Under the pieces are notes generated by a model. That model was not told the origin of the DNA, ran no database searches, and saw only the letters and a list, made by a program, of their open reading frames with translations. DNA of 54,903 nucleotides. Source: Chrysochromulina tobinii. Lineage: Eukaryota. The position numbers and the translations under genes were made by a program. The stretch is from the NCBI GenBank assembly GCA_001275005.1, contig JWZX01003338.1:1-54903 (forward strand), given 5' to 3'. Within the stretch, counting starts at the first letter, position 1. Each line of letters begins with the position of its first letter. Positions 22,554 to 33,244 of the stretch are shown here, piece by piece.

Positions 22554-23982
22554 TCATCTCTGGCCACGATCGTGGCCGCCCTGCTCGTAGTTCTGATATC
22601 CGTAGCCGTTCGAGCGCGCGCCGTCGTAGCCTCCGCTGCCTCCGCCGCCTCGCGCGTACAAGCCGTCGCGCTCCCGCTCGCGGTAGGAGCCGTGCGTGCC
22701 GCTCCGCCGGTCGCCGTACGCGCCCTCGTATCGGCTGTCCTGCCGGACGTCATCGTATCTACTGTAGCCCCTATTGTAACTCCTGTCGTAACCCCTGTCA
22801 TAAGTGCCGCTACCGTCCCTGTCATAAGTGCCGCTACCGTAGGCGCCGCTACCGCCGCGCGTGTCGTTGTAGGCGGCGCGTTCAGTGTCGCGCATGTCGC
22901 TGTAGCCCCTGTTGTAGCTCCTGTCGTAACCCCTGTCATAAGTGCCGCTACCGTAGGCGCCGCTACCGCCGCGCGTGTCGTTGTAGGCGGCGCGTTCAGT
23001 GTCGCGCATGTCGCTGTAGCCCCTATTGTAACTCCTGTCGTAACCCCTGTCATAAGTGCCGCTACCGTGGGCGCCGCTGCCGGCTGGTGCGCGCGCATCG
23101 TACCCGCCACCTCGATCATCGTAGCTCGAGGCAGGCGGCGGGTCGTAGCTCGACGCAGGCGGCGGGTCGTAGCTCGAGGCAGGCGGCGGGTCGTAGCTCG
23201 ACGCAGGCGGCGGGTCGTAGCTCGACGCAGGCGGCGGCCCTTCGGCTTCCTTGTAGACGACAATGTAGTTGCCGTCGAGGCGCGATCCATGCAAGCGTTG
23301 CACGGCGCGGTCAAGGTCTTCAGCCGAGGCGAACTCGACGTGGCCGTCGCCTTGAGCGTCCATGTCCGCATATATCACGCTGCCAAGCTGTCGCATTTCA
23401 TCCTGCAGCTCGCGCCAGCTAAAGGACGCGGGCAGATTCTTGAGCACCGCACGGTGCCGGCAGCTTGGCGCAGGTTTGGCTGGCGGTGGTTCCTTAGGAC
23501 CGTTCGTCTTGGCAAATTGTGCGGTGACGTTCTGGTGCCCAAGCCGCGCATCGTGCACCACGTCAATGCACGCCTGCGCATCCTGCTCCGTCTCGAACTC
23601 GATGAAGGCAAATCCTGGAGGTGAGCGGGCGACCCACACTGACTTGGTGGGCCCAAAGCGGGTCACATAGGCTGCCAATTGCGCTTGCGTGAAGGCAGGG
23701 TCCAGATTGCCAATGTCTGCGAAAGAAGCGAGGCGAGGGTGGTGAGGTGAGGTGAGGTGAATGGCGAAGGGTGCAGCCGTCGAAGGAGGCGGAGGTGAGG
23801 GTGTTGAGGTGATGTGTGATGCGGCATCAAGGTCGTCAGTGCCTCGGCTGCCAGCACGCGCTGCTGGCGCTGAGCGCCTGACAATGCACGCTGGTGGAGA
23901 GCGGCCGTGGGCGATGCGTGGGGTGGTGACGTTAGCGCGTACAGACGCGAAGGCGAGGTGGAGCTGGGTCCGACGACGCCAT
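22554..23982 (-). CDS. SR-family-like splicing factor with two RRMs and an Arg/Gly/Tyr/Asp-rich repetitive tail (400 aa, two exons)
   Basis: Exon 1 23982-23943, intron GTACGC...CAG 23942-23717, exon 2 23716-22554. RRM1 reads VYIGNL...VWVARSPPGFAFIEF. RRM2 has SWRELQDEMR, equivalent to the SWQDLKD pseudo-RRM motif. Confidence 0.88.
22764..23240 (-). repeat. Coding tandem repeats in the SR-like gene: 24-nt unit x5 (PPPASSYD) and a 114-nt unit x2 plus partial copies
   Basis: gtcgtagctcga(g/c)gcaggcggcgg repeats at about 23120-23240; 114-nt units start at 22821 and 22935. Confidence 0.9.
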
Positions 23983-24064
23983 GACAACTTCGCTTCTCGT
24001 CGCGGTCGCGACACCGAAACGAAGCCGCAACTTTTTCTGCGCGATACAAGTCAAGAATGACAAG

Positions 24065-26557
24065 TCAAGTCAAGCAAAAAAGGAGCGGAAACATTGTACT
24101 GTACGGGGGACACACTGCACAAACTGTTAATAGACCTTCATCCCGAATGTCACAAAATCTGATGTTTCTCCTCCACCTCTTGCTCCTCCTCTGCATGCAC
24201 CGCCCTCCGAGCCGCCTCGACGCCCGTCGAGCCTCCAAGCTGCCGCCGCCGCACCCGCTCGTCCACGCGCTGCTGCTGCTGCCGCTGCTGCTGCCGCGCC
24301 CCCTCGGGGCGCGGGGTAGGTCGTCGACGCTCGCGCCGTCGGCGTCGCTCGTCATCACGTCGATGAGCCCGCGCACCTCCGAAGCGCTCATCGCCGCATG
24401 GTGCAGCCGATACATGCGCACCTGCTCTGCGCGGCTCGCGCGCTCGTGCGCGGCGCGCTTGATGCCATGGGCGCTCGAGTCGTTCCTTAGGCGAATCTCC
24501 TCCTCCGCCGCGCCCGCTTGCCGTCGCTGCTCAACGGCCGAGCGCTGTAAGCTCGCGCCGAGCGCCTTATGCGCGCTGTCCTGAGCTCTCTTGGCATGCC
24601 GGAGGCGAGCCGTCTCTTGGGCACGTGATGCACCCCTCGACTGGTTGCCCGCGAAGCCGAGGAACTTGTGATAGTCGGACTTGCGCCAGCCCGGCGCGAA
24701 GGTGCCAGCAGGCGAGAGCTCCTCGGGGATCCGGTGACGCCGCATCTCATCCTCTGCGAGCGCGTACCCGTGGTGGTCCTCGGCGTAGCCAGCGCGATAG
24801 CAAGCCTCGCACACGCACAGGTTCTCCTTGTACCAAAACAGGCCGGGCTCGTAATTGCCGCCGTGCACCGCGTGCGCCGTCGGTCGCAGGCAGCCCTCCT
24901 TGCCAATGTCGCACCACCAGTCGTTAATCTCTGGATGGCCGAAGCTCGTCGCCATGCTCAGCGGAGCTGTCTCACCGTACCGGAACGGGTTGACGGCGGC
25001 CGCGGTGGACGCACGGATAGTGGAGCCGAGAGAGGCACTTGAGCCAGGGGGGTCCAACTCATACACACCCGGCCCCACCACCACGGAGGTCTGCGGCTTA
25101 TGCGCGGGGGCGCGCCAGTAGGCGGCGAAGCGCGTGTCCCGGGAGCCAAACCCAGCCGTATTCGCAAAAGGCGACTGCCAGCCTGGCGCGGGCGCCGTAC
25201 GCCGCGCGCAGTAGTCGTCTAGTCCTGCGTTACGCTCCTCGATGTCGAGAAACGCGCGACGCGCGCTCCGATGCTCGGCCTCGCGCAGCGCGCGTCGGGG
25301 ATTCGTTGGCGCAGCGCTCTCGAGTGCCGCGCTGCGGGCGGCCAGGAGCGCGTGCGACGAGGACGAGCCGGCGCCGGTAGAGCGGATTCGAGCAATGTCC
25401 TTCATGTCCTTCATCAGAGCGTGGGACGAGGACATGGTGGTGCGTGCGCTGCGCCCCTTCGTGTCGGCCGCGCCGCTGCCACGTCCCAGAGTCGAATGAG
25501 TCGCCGCGGCCGACACGTCGATGCCACCTGCATCATCCTGGCCACTTCCACTGCCGCCACCGCCACCGCTGTCGCCACCGTCGCCATCGCCACTGCTCCT
25601 GCCGGCGCCACCACCGCCGCGGTTTCCCCTTGGGTCGGCAACATCTGGTTCGTTGGCCACGGGCTCGTCCACCAGCGGATCGGGCTGGACTGCGCTGTCG
25701 TCGGCAGCCGCCTCGGCCGAGCTCACGGCCGAGCTAGCGGCCAAACCAGCGACGCCAACGGCCGCCGGCTGTCCTTCGGTTTCTTTGTTCGGGACACCAA
25801 ACAGGCGACCAAAGAGGCCCAGCCGCGGTGCTGACGCCCGTGGCTGCTTCGATCCCTTGGTCACTGCCTCCGTGTTCGCCGCTGCCCTCGTCTTCGCTGC
25901 TGCCTCACCAGCGTCGGCTGCTCCTGTCACGGAGGATGCCAGCCTGTCGGCGGCCTGCTCGGCGACTGCCTGCTCGGATGCTGCCAGCTCGGCTGCCAAC
26001 AACGCTCGCTCCGCGGCCGCTCGCTCTGTTTCCTCAGCTGCCCCTCGATCCGCCATCGCGCGCTCGGCGGCAGCGTGCTCTGCGTCGGCCCGCTTGGCGG
26101 CTGCCGCTGCCTTCTTGAGCGCCGACTCGCGCTCCAGGGCAACCATCTTCGCCGTCGCTTTCTCCGCGGCCGCTGCGGCGGCCGCTGCAGCTTTCTCTGC
26201 TGCGATCCTTTTTGCAATCGCCCTCTCAGCAGCATCAGCCATCTCAACCGCGGCCCTCTCCGCGTCCGACTTTTCCATGGCTGCTCGCTGAGCAGCACGA
26301 ATTTGCGCGGCGAGGCGCTCTGCTGCCTCCACCTTGACGCGTCGCTCGCTTCGCACGGCTGTCGGCTTCGATCTCGGCGTGCCTAGCCTCAGGCGCACCT
26401 CGTTGCTCAAGCGTTGAGAGGTTCTCGGCGTATTTCGCGTCGGGAAATCCGACCAGGCTTGCTCACCCAGCTTTATCTTGCGCGGCGGTGCAGTAGCTTG
26501 CATCCGCTCCTGCACGCGGTACATCTGCTCCATCTTATCATTCCAGGAGGCCGGCAT
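24065..26557 (-). CDS. Hypothetical protein with an Ala/Glu-rich helix, a SHIPPO/PG-rich-like motif and a Cys cluster; true stop may be at 24150
   Basis: 830-codon ORF containing FGSRDTRF...VGPGVYE and WWCDIGKEGC...LCVCEACY. The last ~80 codons look out of frame. Confidence 0.65.
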   Translation of the reverse strand: MPASWNDKMEQMYRVQERMQATAPPRKIKLGEQAWSDFPTRNTPRTSQRLSNEVRLRLGTPRSKPTAVRSERRVKVEAAERLAAQIRAAQRAAMEKSDAERAAVEMADAAERAIAKRIAAEKAAAAAAAAAEKATAKMVALERESALKKAAAAAKRADAEHAAAERAMADRGAAEETERAAAERALLAAELAASEQAVAEQAADRLASSVTGAADAGEAAAKTRAAANTEAVTKGSKQPRASAPRLGLFGRLFGVPNKETEGQPAAVGVAGLAASSAVSSAEAAADDSAVQPDPLVDEPVANEPDVADPRGNRGGGGAGRSSGDGDGGDSGGGGGSGSGQDDAGGIDVSAAATHSTLGRGSGAADTKGRSARTTMSSSHALMKDMKDIARIRSTGAGSSSSHALLAARSAALESAAPTNPRRALREAEHRSARRAFLDIEERNAGLDDYCARRTAPAPGWQSPFANTAGFGSRDTRFAAYWRAPAHKPQTSVVVGPGVYELDPPGSSASLGSTIRASTAAAVNPFRYGETAPLSMATSFGHPEINDWWCDIGKEGCLRPTAHAVHGGNYEPGLFWYKENLCVCEACYRAGYAEDHHGYALAEDEMRRHRIPEELSPAGTFAPGWRKSDYHKFLGFAGNQSRGASRAQETARLRHAKRAQDSAHKALGASLQRSAVEQRRQAGAAEEEIRLRNDSSAHGIKRAAHERASRAEQVRMYRLHHAAMSASEVRGLIDVMTSDADGASVDDLPRAPRGRGSSSGSSSSAWTSGCGGGSLEARRASRRLGGRCMQRRSKRWRRNIRFCDIRDEGLLTVCAVCPPYSTMFPLLFCLT

Positions 26558-26629
26558 GTGTGATGCGTGTGAATTTGTGTGTGAATGAACAATTTGCTGT
26601 GTATTGGTGTGGAATTTTTGCAGGGAAGC

Positions 26630-28156
26630 TCACAGCTCACCTCTCAATCTCTCGTCTGCAGTGCTTCCGCCCGTACGTCGCTCCGCATTCCAGGCCCTCT
26701 CCACCGCCTGACCGTGCGATAGCAGTAATTTCGCTGAACACCAAAGCAGGGTTTGAGCTGTGCTGCCGACGACCTCCAGCCCGGAAAGGGCGGCGCCCAT
26801 CCACATCGCCACATCGCCAACGGCAAGGTGGATTGCACGTGTCGCTCGGGATTCCTTGTGCCGCAAAAAGGCGAGCGACACTGCGCTGTCCTCGAGCCCC
26901 ACGAGCAAATGAGCGTGGGTCCACCTTCGCATCTTTGCCCAAACATCGGGCGACGCTCTCTCGAGCGATGCGGCCACGCCCGGGCTCAGGCGAATGGCGG
27001 AGCATTCCATCGACTGCAGATGCTCCATCGCGTGCCGCTCGGACTGCTCTTGTGTGTATGACAGGAACTCACCCCACAGAGATCGAACAGTCATCAAGGG
27101 TGCCTGAAACGCCGCGCCAGCTCTCAGCAGGTTGGCCGTGACCACGTGGCCTGCGGCACGTTGCCAAGAGCTGGTAGTCAAGGCCTCCCTCATGCCCATC
27201 ATCTCGCTCTCGCCGAATGTGGGCGCGCTGCCTGGAGCCGGCGTACCCAGCCGGAACCCAAACAGAGGTTGATCTTTGTCGTTCTCGTCGGACCCATGCA
27301 TCTCAAGTCCAAAAGTTTGGCCTTGGCCACCCCAGGCGACGGTGAGGGATGCGTTGTTGCACGTGCCGTGAAACCAGCCGTTGGGAACGATGATGGTATC
27401 ACCCGGCCGCTGCACGCACGCCGGCGCGGGCGCGTTCAGACCAAAATAGTAGTCGCACACATTGAGCGGATCTGTGCAGTCGGCTGCGTTCATGGCACAC
27501 TCCTCATCTCGTGGCGGGCGGAGTGCCCAGATCTTCTCGCCCTCGAGCAGCTTCAGCGCAGTGATCGGGTGGTAGTGATGCGCGAGGTCGCGCTCTCCAC
27601 TGCCCTTCAGCCCGACAGAGATGACAGGGCGCTGCTGCACAGACGACACTGCAGGAGGGAGAGGATAAGCTTTGCTAACCTGGGCTATGATTTCGGGTGA
27701 GTACCCTGCGGCTGAGAGTACATATGGACGGCTCGAAGAGATCTGAAACTCAACCAGGTCGACATTCATGCCAACACGCTGGTCGTGGCGAGCAAACTGC
27801 TTTGCAAGGTCGATCACCTCCGAAATCGCCTGTCGGATGACACGCGGCCGAGGGTCGCGGCTCATCGTCTCCCACAGGGAACTGACATCGTCAAGCACAG
27901 GGCAGCCATGGAACTTGTGTTCGCCGTAAATCGTTCGGCGAGCTGGGGTGTCGAGAGCCTCAAGGGGCTGCGAAACATGGGAGCTTCGGTAGTCGGCAGC
28001 TCGAGGATTGCAATTGGAATCCAAGCCGCATTTTCCACACTCGTAGGCTAGATCACCGTTGAGCTCAGAGCACTTGGCTGAACACCATGGCTCGCAGCCT
28101 GGGATGGCCAGGACGTGCGAGATCCATAGCAGTATATGAAGGAGGCGAAGGCTCAT
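26630..28156 (-). CDS. JmjC-domain protein, JMJD8-like, with a signal peptide and a Cys-rich N-terminal module
   Basis: Leader MSLRLLHILLWISHVLA; GSG...HHYH...LLEGEKIWALRPP...CVQRPGDTIIVPNGWFHGTCN. Confidence 0.8.
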   Translation of the reverse strand: MSLRLLHILLWISHVLAIPGCEPWCSAKCSELNGDLAYECGKCGLDSNCNPRAADYRSSHVSQPLEALDTPARRTIYGEHKFHGCPVLDDVSSLWETMSRDPRPRVIRQAISEVIDLAKQFARHDQRVGMNVDLVEFQISSSRPYVLSAAGYSPEIIAQVSKAYPLPPAVSSVQQRPVISVGLKGSGERDLAHHYHPITALKLLEGEKIWALRPPRDEECAMNAADCTDPLNVCDYYFGLNAPAPACVQRPGDTIIVPNGWFHGTCNNASLTVAWGGQGQTFGLEMHGSDENDKDQPLFGFRLGTPAPGSAPTFGESEMMGMREALTTSSWQRAAGHVVTANLLRAGAAFQAPLMTVRSLWGEFLSYTQEQSERHAMEHLQSMECSAIRLSPGVAASLERASPDVWAKMRRWTHAHLLVGLEDSAVSLAFLRHKESRATRAIHLAVGDVAMWMGAALSGLEVVGSTAQTLLWCSAKLLLSHGQAVERAWNAERRTGGSTADERLRGEL

Positions 28157-28704
28157 GAAAAAGGATATTATGCTGAGTTGTCGTGTGTGGGCGCCGCGGG
28201 ATCGTGCTGCGGGATCGTTTGTCTGGTGTGCTTTCTGTGCTGCGCGCTGCGCTGTTCACACTCTCGCCGCAAACATGGTTTGGTGTGTTCGACCCAGACA
28301 CGATATAGAGGGCTTGGCTTCTTGCTGAGGTCAAACGGTTCCTCGAGGTCGAGCGTTAATTGATGTGATCAGCGAGTAGCGCGTTAATTGAAGACCTGAT
28401 CGCTTTCATCAGCATTCACACAACCGAAACCGCTTGCTCGGGCTCGGCTGTTGACGTGAGATCTTCTGCGGTTGACCAATCGCCATACGCGGCGCCACGG
28501 CTTGTCGTATGGCCTGGGTACCCCCGTCGCCACGTGTGCGTTGCCGTTAGGCGTGTTTTACTTACTTACTTTCTTAGCCCACAGTCGTCAATCGCACCCT
28601 CAGCTGAGGCCTGAGCGGGAGCGTTCGTCATTCATGACGTCGCCCTCGCTGGTGGCCGGGCTCTCGAACTACATGCCATCGGGCTCGTCATATCTAATCC
28701 GATA

Positions 28705-31085
28705 TCAGGCCTCGGCGGCGATCCGGAGCCATTTAGGAGACGCTTCGAGCGCCGCATAGAAGGGCAGGTCGTTCGAGCGCGTAGGACTTGATGTGCCCGG
28801 GCGGCATCATCCGGGTGACAAACGATTGGGCGAGAGGGAAGCGATGTATCTGGACTGAGCTCCGTTGGGCGCAGCGTTCGCGCGAGGCCGGCTTGCGCCT
28901 GAGCCGAGGCGAAGAGATCCTCCGTGTGCAGGACGAGAACGAGCTCCGCGATCCCGGGCGCCTTCAGCTGCAGCCGAGGTAGCTCGTCGAGAAGCACGTC
29001 GTTGGCCGGGTCGATGGAGAGCATTGCCTGGGGCGCCGCATTGGTCATTGCGAAGACAAGCGCGAAGGGAAGCAGCTCATCGAGCGTCGTCAGCTCCGCG
29101 CAGCGCAGCGCTGTCAGCTTGCCATTGAGCGGCGGGCACTGCAGCCCGTAGAGGCCAGTGCGCTTGCCCACGCAGCGGCGCGGGCCCACCGCGGCGCTCT
29201 GTAGGTAGCTGGCCAGCTCGAGAAGGTAGCCGCGCGTCTCAGCGCTCGAGGCCGCCTCGACAATCGCCTTGACGGTGGCGGCGGCGGAGGAGGAGGAGGA
29301 GGCGGGCTTTAAGTTGGCGGCGCGGCCGACAAGGCCGTGGCGACTCGCCTGCTGGCGCAGGTACTCGGGTCTGTACGAGGCGAAGAAGACGCTGTTCGGC
29401 GCGGGCCCGATCACGGGGAACGTGGTCACCTCATTCATCTCGCCCAGCGGCGGCAGTTCTCCAAAGATCTCGCCGTCCTGCGGACGCGCCTGCGCCGTAA
29501 GGCAGGGCCGGGAGGCGTCGCCGACGGAGTAGACGCACAGGGCGGAGGTCTCGAACAGCCGGCGAGCGACACGTAGGTGCGGCAGCCGCTCGAGCGCGAG
29601 CGCTGCCGCCGCACTCTCATCAGCCGTAGGCAGCGCTGCAGAGCAGCTTGCGTGCACCGCGTCATCGGTGGTGCCGTTGACGGCGAGAGAGATGGGCTGA
29701 TGGCGCACCAGCCAGGCACCGATGCGCTCGATCACCTCGGCCGAATCCACCGCGTTCGCAGGGGTCACCACGTCGAGCACCACCTGCCGCCAGTACTCAT
29801 CGAGGGGCGGTTCCGGCACGTAGGTGGCGTCCGTTGATGAGCCCGCGTGCGGCGGCAGGTCGGGGAGCGTTGGACGCGTCTTGTATGCGATAGGCATGGT
29901 GGCGTGCGCAGTGTAGCCGGCGGGCGGGGTGAACGCGGCACTCAGCTTACCGGCGAGCGGCGAGGGCGAGGGCGCCGGGTCGAGCACGCCTGCGAAGGTG
30001 CCCATGGCAAGGTACTCCTGCGCCCGACCTCCCGACGGTGTCGGATCGAACATCAACTCGAGCGCAGCTGGAGACACGTCGCCGGCCGGAGCCACGAGGA
30101 CGCGCAGCGCAGTGCACTGGCCCGAGTGCTCGATGGTGGCCGAGAGCGCAGCCGCGGTCGCGATGCTTGGCGTCAGCCCGAGCGCCACCATCATGTTGGG
30201 CCCCTGCGTCGAAGCGATCAACCCGGGGCTCACCGTCGTCTTAATGTGCTTCGCGAGCGCACGTGCGCCCGTGAAGAGGCAGGGGGTGGGCGCAAGCAAG
30301 CCGGCGGGCAAGCCCGCAGCGGCATCGGCGGCGTCGGCGGCCTTCATGACGCGCTGCTGCTGCTCGACAGTTGCTGAGCAGAAGCTGAAGTACGCGGGCT
30401 CGACGCCCTCTGCCTGCAGCTCTTGCGCCAGCAGTGCCGCCCAGCGGTAGCAGTACTGCTGCGTGTGCGTACGCGAGAGGACCATGGCCGGCACGCCAAT
30501 CTCGATGAGCCGGATCGTCTTGCGGCACATGTCCAGGAAGTGCGAGAAGTTGCTCACGCACGGCACGAGCGCCACGCGACGCGGCACGCTGATCACACCT
30601 GCTTCCTCTGTCTTCCACAGCTGGTCATTGAGCCGCCGCTCCACCTCGTTGGCTTGCAAGGACTCCTCGATCTCGGTCACGCCATCCTGCTTGCCAAAGT
30701 CGAGCGTCTGGTTAGCGATCAGTTCGCCCGCATGCTTGGTGAGCATCGTCGCCTCAGCGCGCCGCACGGCTGCACGCAGATCGGCGCGTGCAGGCCGAAA
30801 GGTGGCTGCGTGCTCGACCAGCCGCTCGAGTTCGGTGTCGGAGGCGAGGAGTTGGGAGCCGTTGACGGCGCCAAAGGCATCGATCGTATTCACGCGCGTT
30901 CCGCCTTTGAGCGCCACGCCGTGCAGGAGCGATACAATCGGCTCGCGGTACCATTGATCAGCATCCTTGCGGCCGAGCGCGGCGACGGCAGCGGCACGAA
31001 TGGCCGAGGCTTCGACCGGCACGGCGGGTAGGAAGCACGCGTGATACGACGGCGTTCCAAAGTGGAAGTGGCGCACCCTGCGCAT
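28705..31085 (-). CDS. Divergent aldehyde-dehydrogenase-fold protein with two apparent frameshifts near the C-terminus
   Basis: CVSNF, LFTGAR, STQGPN, HSGQCTALR and EIFGE occur in ALDH motif order. Removing single bases near 28847 and 28783 gives RFPLAQSFVTRMMPPGHIKSTRSNDLPFYAALEASPKWLRIAAEA-stop. Confidence 0.65.
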
Positions 31086-31288
31086 TGCCAACTGCGAGCA
31101 GCATTTTTCCATGAGAGATAGGATGACGAATTGACGAATCCACGATGCTGTCGAGGTTTCGTAAAAGACGTTGCTTCCAACATCGGTCACGTTCACATCA
31201 CGCTCTGCAACCAAGTCTCGTCAAAAACTAAACCTCCGGTCATTGAAGACGTGACGAGATCGTTTTCGTTCTTTCCGCGACCTGGGGA

Positions 31289-31696
31289 ATGCGCTCTCCG
31301 CTCTTCCTCGCGCTCCTCGTGGCGACGGCCAGTTGCTTCACGCCTGCGGCGCTGCCTGCGGTGCAGTCGCGTGGCGCTGCCCCTCGCACCATCGTGATGG
31401 TTGAGGGCAGGCGCGCGGCCCTCGCGACCTTTGGCCTGGCCGCGCTCGCCTTCCCACTCACGGCCTCGGCAGACTCCATTGAGGATATCGCGGCTCGTTC
31501 GAATGCTGCGGCCAAGGCTGAAGCCGCCAAGAAACAGGCGGCCTTGGAGGCTGGGGTGGAGGAGCCGAAGGCCTCGTACACGCCCATCATTGCCATCGCA
31601 GGTGGCGGTGTGCTCGCCAGCACTTATTTCTACTCCCAAAACCTCAAGCGCCTCGGAGAGAAGGTGATCACGGGTAAGGGGCGCAAGTACGATTGA
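31289..31696 (+). CDS. Small thylakoid-targeted membrane protein of unknown function
   Basis: Signal peptide ending ASC-F, a transit-like segment, a twin-arginine GRRAALATFGLAALAFPLTASA lumen signal, and one C-terminal hydrophobic helix. Confidence 0.82.
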   Translation: MRSPLFLALLVATASCFTPAALPAVQSRGAAPRTIVMVEGRRAALATFGLAALAFPLTASADSIEDIAARSNAAAKAEAAKKQAALEAGVEEPKASYTPIIAIAGGGVLASTYFYSQNLKRLGEKVITGKGRKYD

Positions 31697-32013
31697 AGCT
31701 CCGATGAGCATCAGCATATTGGGCCTCTATGAGTGGGTGAGTTGGTGCCGGGAAAAAATTCGGGTGTCGTTACTATCTCGAGTTCAGACACGTTTTAGAG
31801 ACAGATCTCGACGACTGCTTACATTGTACCATCAAGATGGGGAGGAGCTGCACCAGAGCTGGCACTGGATCAGTGGCAGCTGGTACATGTACTTACAGAA
31901 ACTTGACTCTTTTGGACGACTTCGATCGGAAGCGGACATAACGAGGCCGTCCTCTCCCCAGTTCCCCCTCGTGTGCGGCATCGAGCCATCGACGCGCACC
32001 AGGGCGGTCAGCA

Positions 32014-33014
32014 ATGTACAACTCGTCGACGTGTCCTATCGACTGGCTCGTGAGCGCGGTCCAAACAAACGGGGGGAAGGGAAATGCCACCGGGATCGAT
32101 GGCTGCCCTGACGGATACGGGGAGCTGATCTGCATAGGGAAACAGCTGAACGATCACACAGTCACCTCCGTTATCTTGGCCCTGGCCCTCATGTTCATTT
32201 CGATCTTCATCCTATTGCTCGGCAACGTGCTCTTGCGCCCGACGTTCTTCCTGACCTCCTTCCTGTGCGCGGGTTCGGTCGCCCTCGCGGCCATGCCCAG
32301 CATCGTGTCCAACTTCGTCATGGAAGACAATGCAACATGCCTCACCGTCGGCATGGTGCCCTTGGCCGTGGGTATCATGGCGGGGCTCATCAGCATCTGC
32401 CTTTTCAGAGTTGGCCTGGCGCTACTTGGCGCCGGCGCCGGCGCCGGCTCGGGCTACATTTTCTGGCTTCTCGTTTCGTTATTCGTCCCCATCGGGCCAT
32501 GGAATGTCGAAGTCGGGCCGACCACTCTCATGCACATTGTCTGCATGTTGATCGGCGCCCTGCTCGGCGCCTTCCTCTGCATGTATTGCTACCAGAAGAG
32601 CGTGCTCATCGTCGCCACATCCGCCCTCGGCGCGTTCGGCGTCGTCGCTGCGTCCGCCTTTTTGTTGGCCCACGCCGATGTACGCCACACGCTGCACCAC
32701 GCACGCGCACCAACCGCGCGCCCTCCACTGCCGGAGGTCTCTCTGCTGTCCCTCTCACGGCGCAGCCCGTCTATCCCCGCTCGCAGACGCGCTTCCTCGG
32801 TATTGTGCGCCTGGGTGATCAGATAAGTCCGGACGCGTACATCTTCATTTGGCCGCAGGCGGTCTTCATGTTCGTGCTTTTCCTGTCGGGTGTCTACTTC
32901 CAGTGCAAACGGGCGCGCCCACGGAAGCGTACCGACGACCAGACCACTGGGCTCGCCCTCGCGCGCGTGCGGCTCATCGAAACGAGTCAGACTGCGAGTC
33001 AAGAGGTGAGTTGA
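32014..33014 (+). CDS. Multi-pass membrane protein, DUF4203/TMEM198-like (297 aa, two exons)
   Basis: About seven hydrophobic segments; LGNVLLRPTFFL, VGLALLGAGAG and IVATSALGAF. Exons 32014-32679 and 32787-33014, intron GTACGC...CAG. Confidence 0.8.
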
Positions 33015-33244
33015 GTTGAGTTGAGTTGAAGACTTGAAGCTTGAAGTCAGCCCTGGGATGCGACAACGGCGTTCATTAGTGTTGTTTGGTCTTTGTGTTA
33101 CTGATAGAAGGCGTGAAGGGGCCCTAGTCAGAGTGTGGTACTGTGTCTTATCTCAATTGTAACTATTAACACTTCACCAATCACCAAAGAAGGGACAGGA
33201 CTGTGTCTGTTGCGTGTGGTCTGCGTGGTGTGTTCTTCTCTTCT

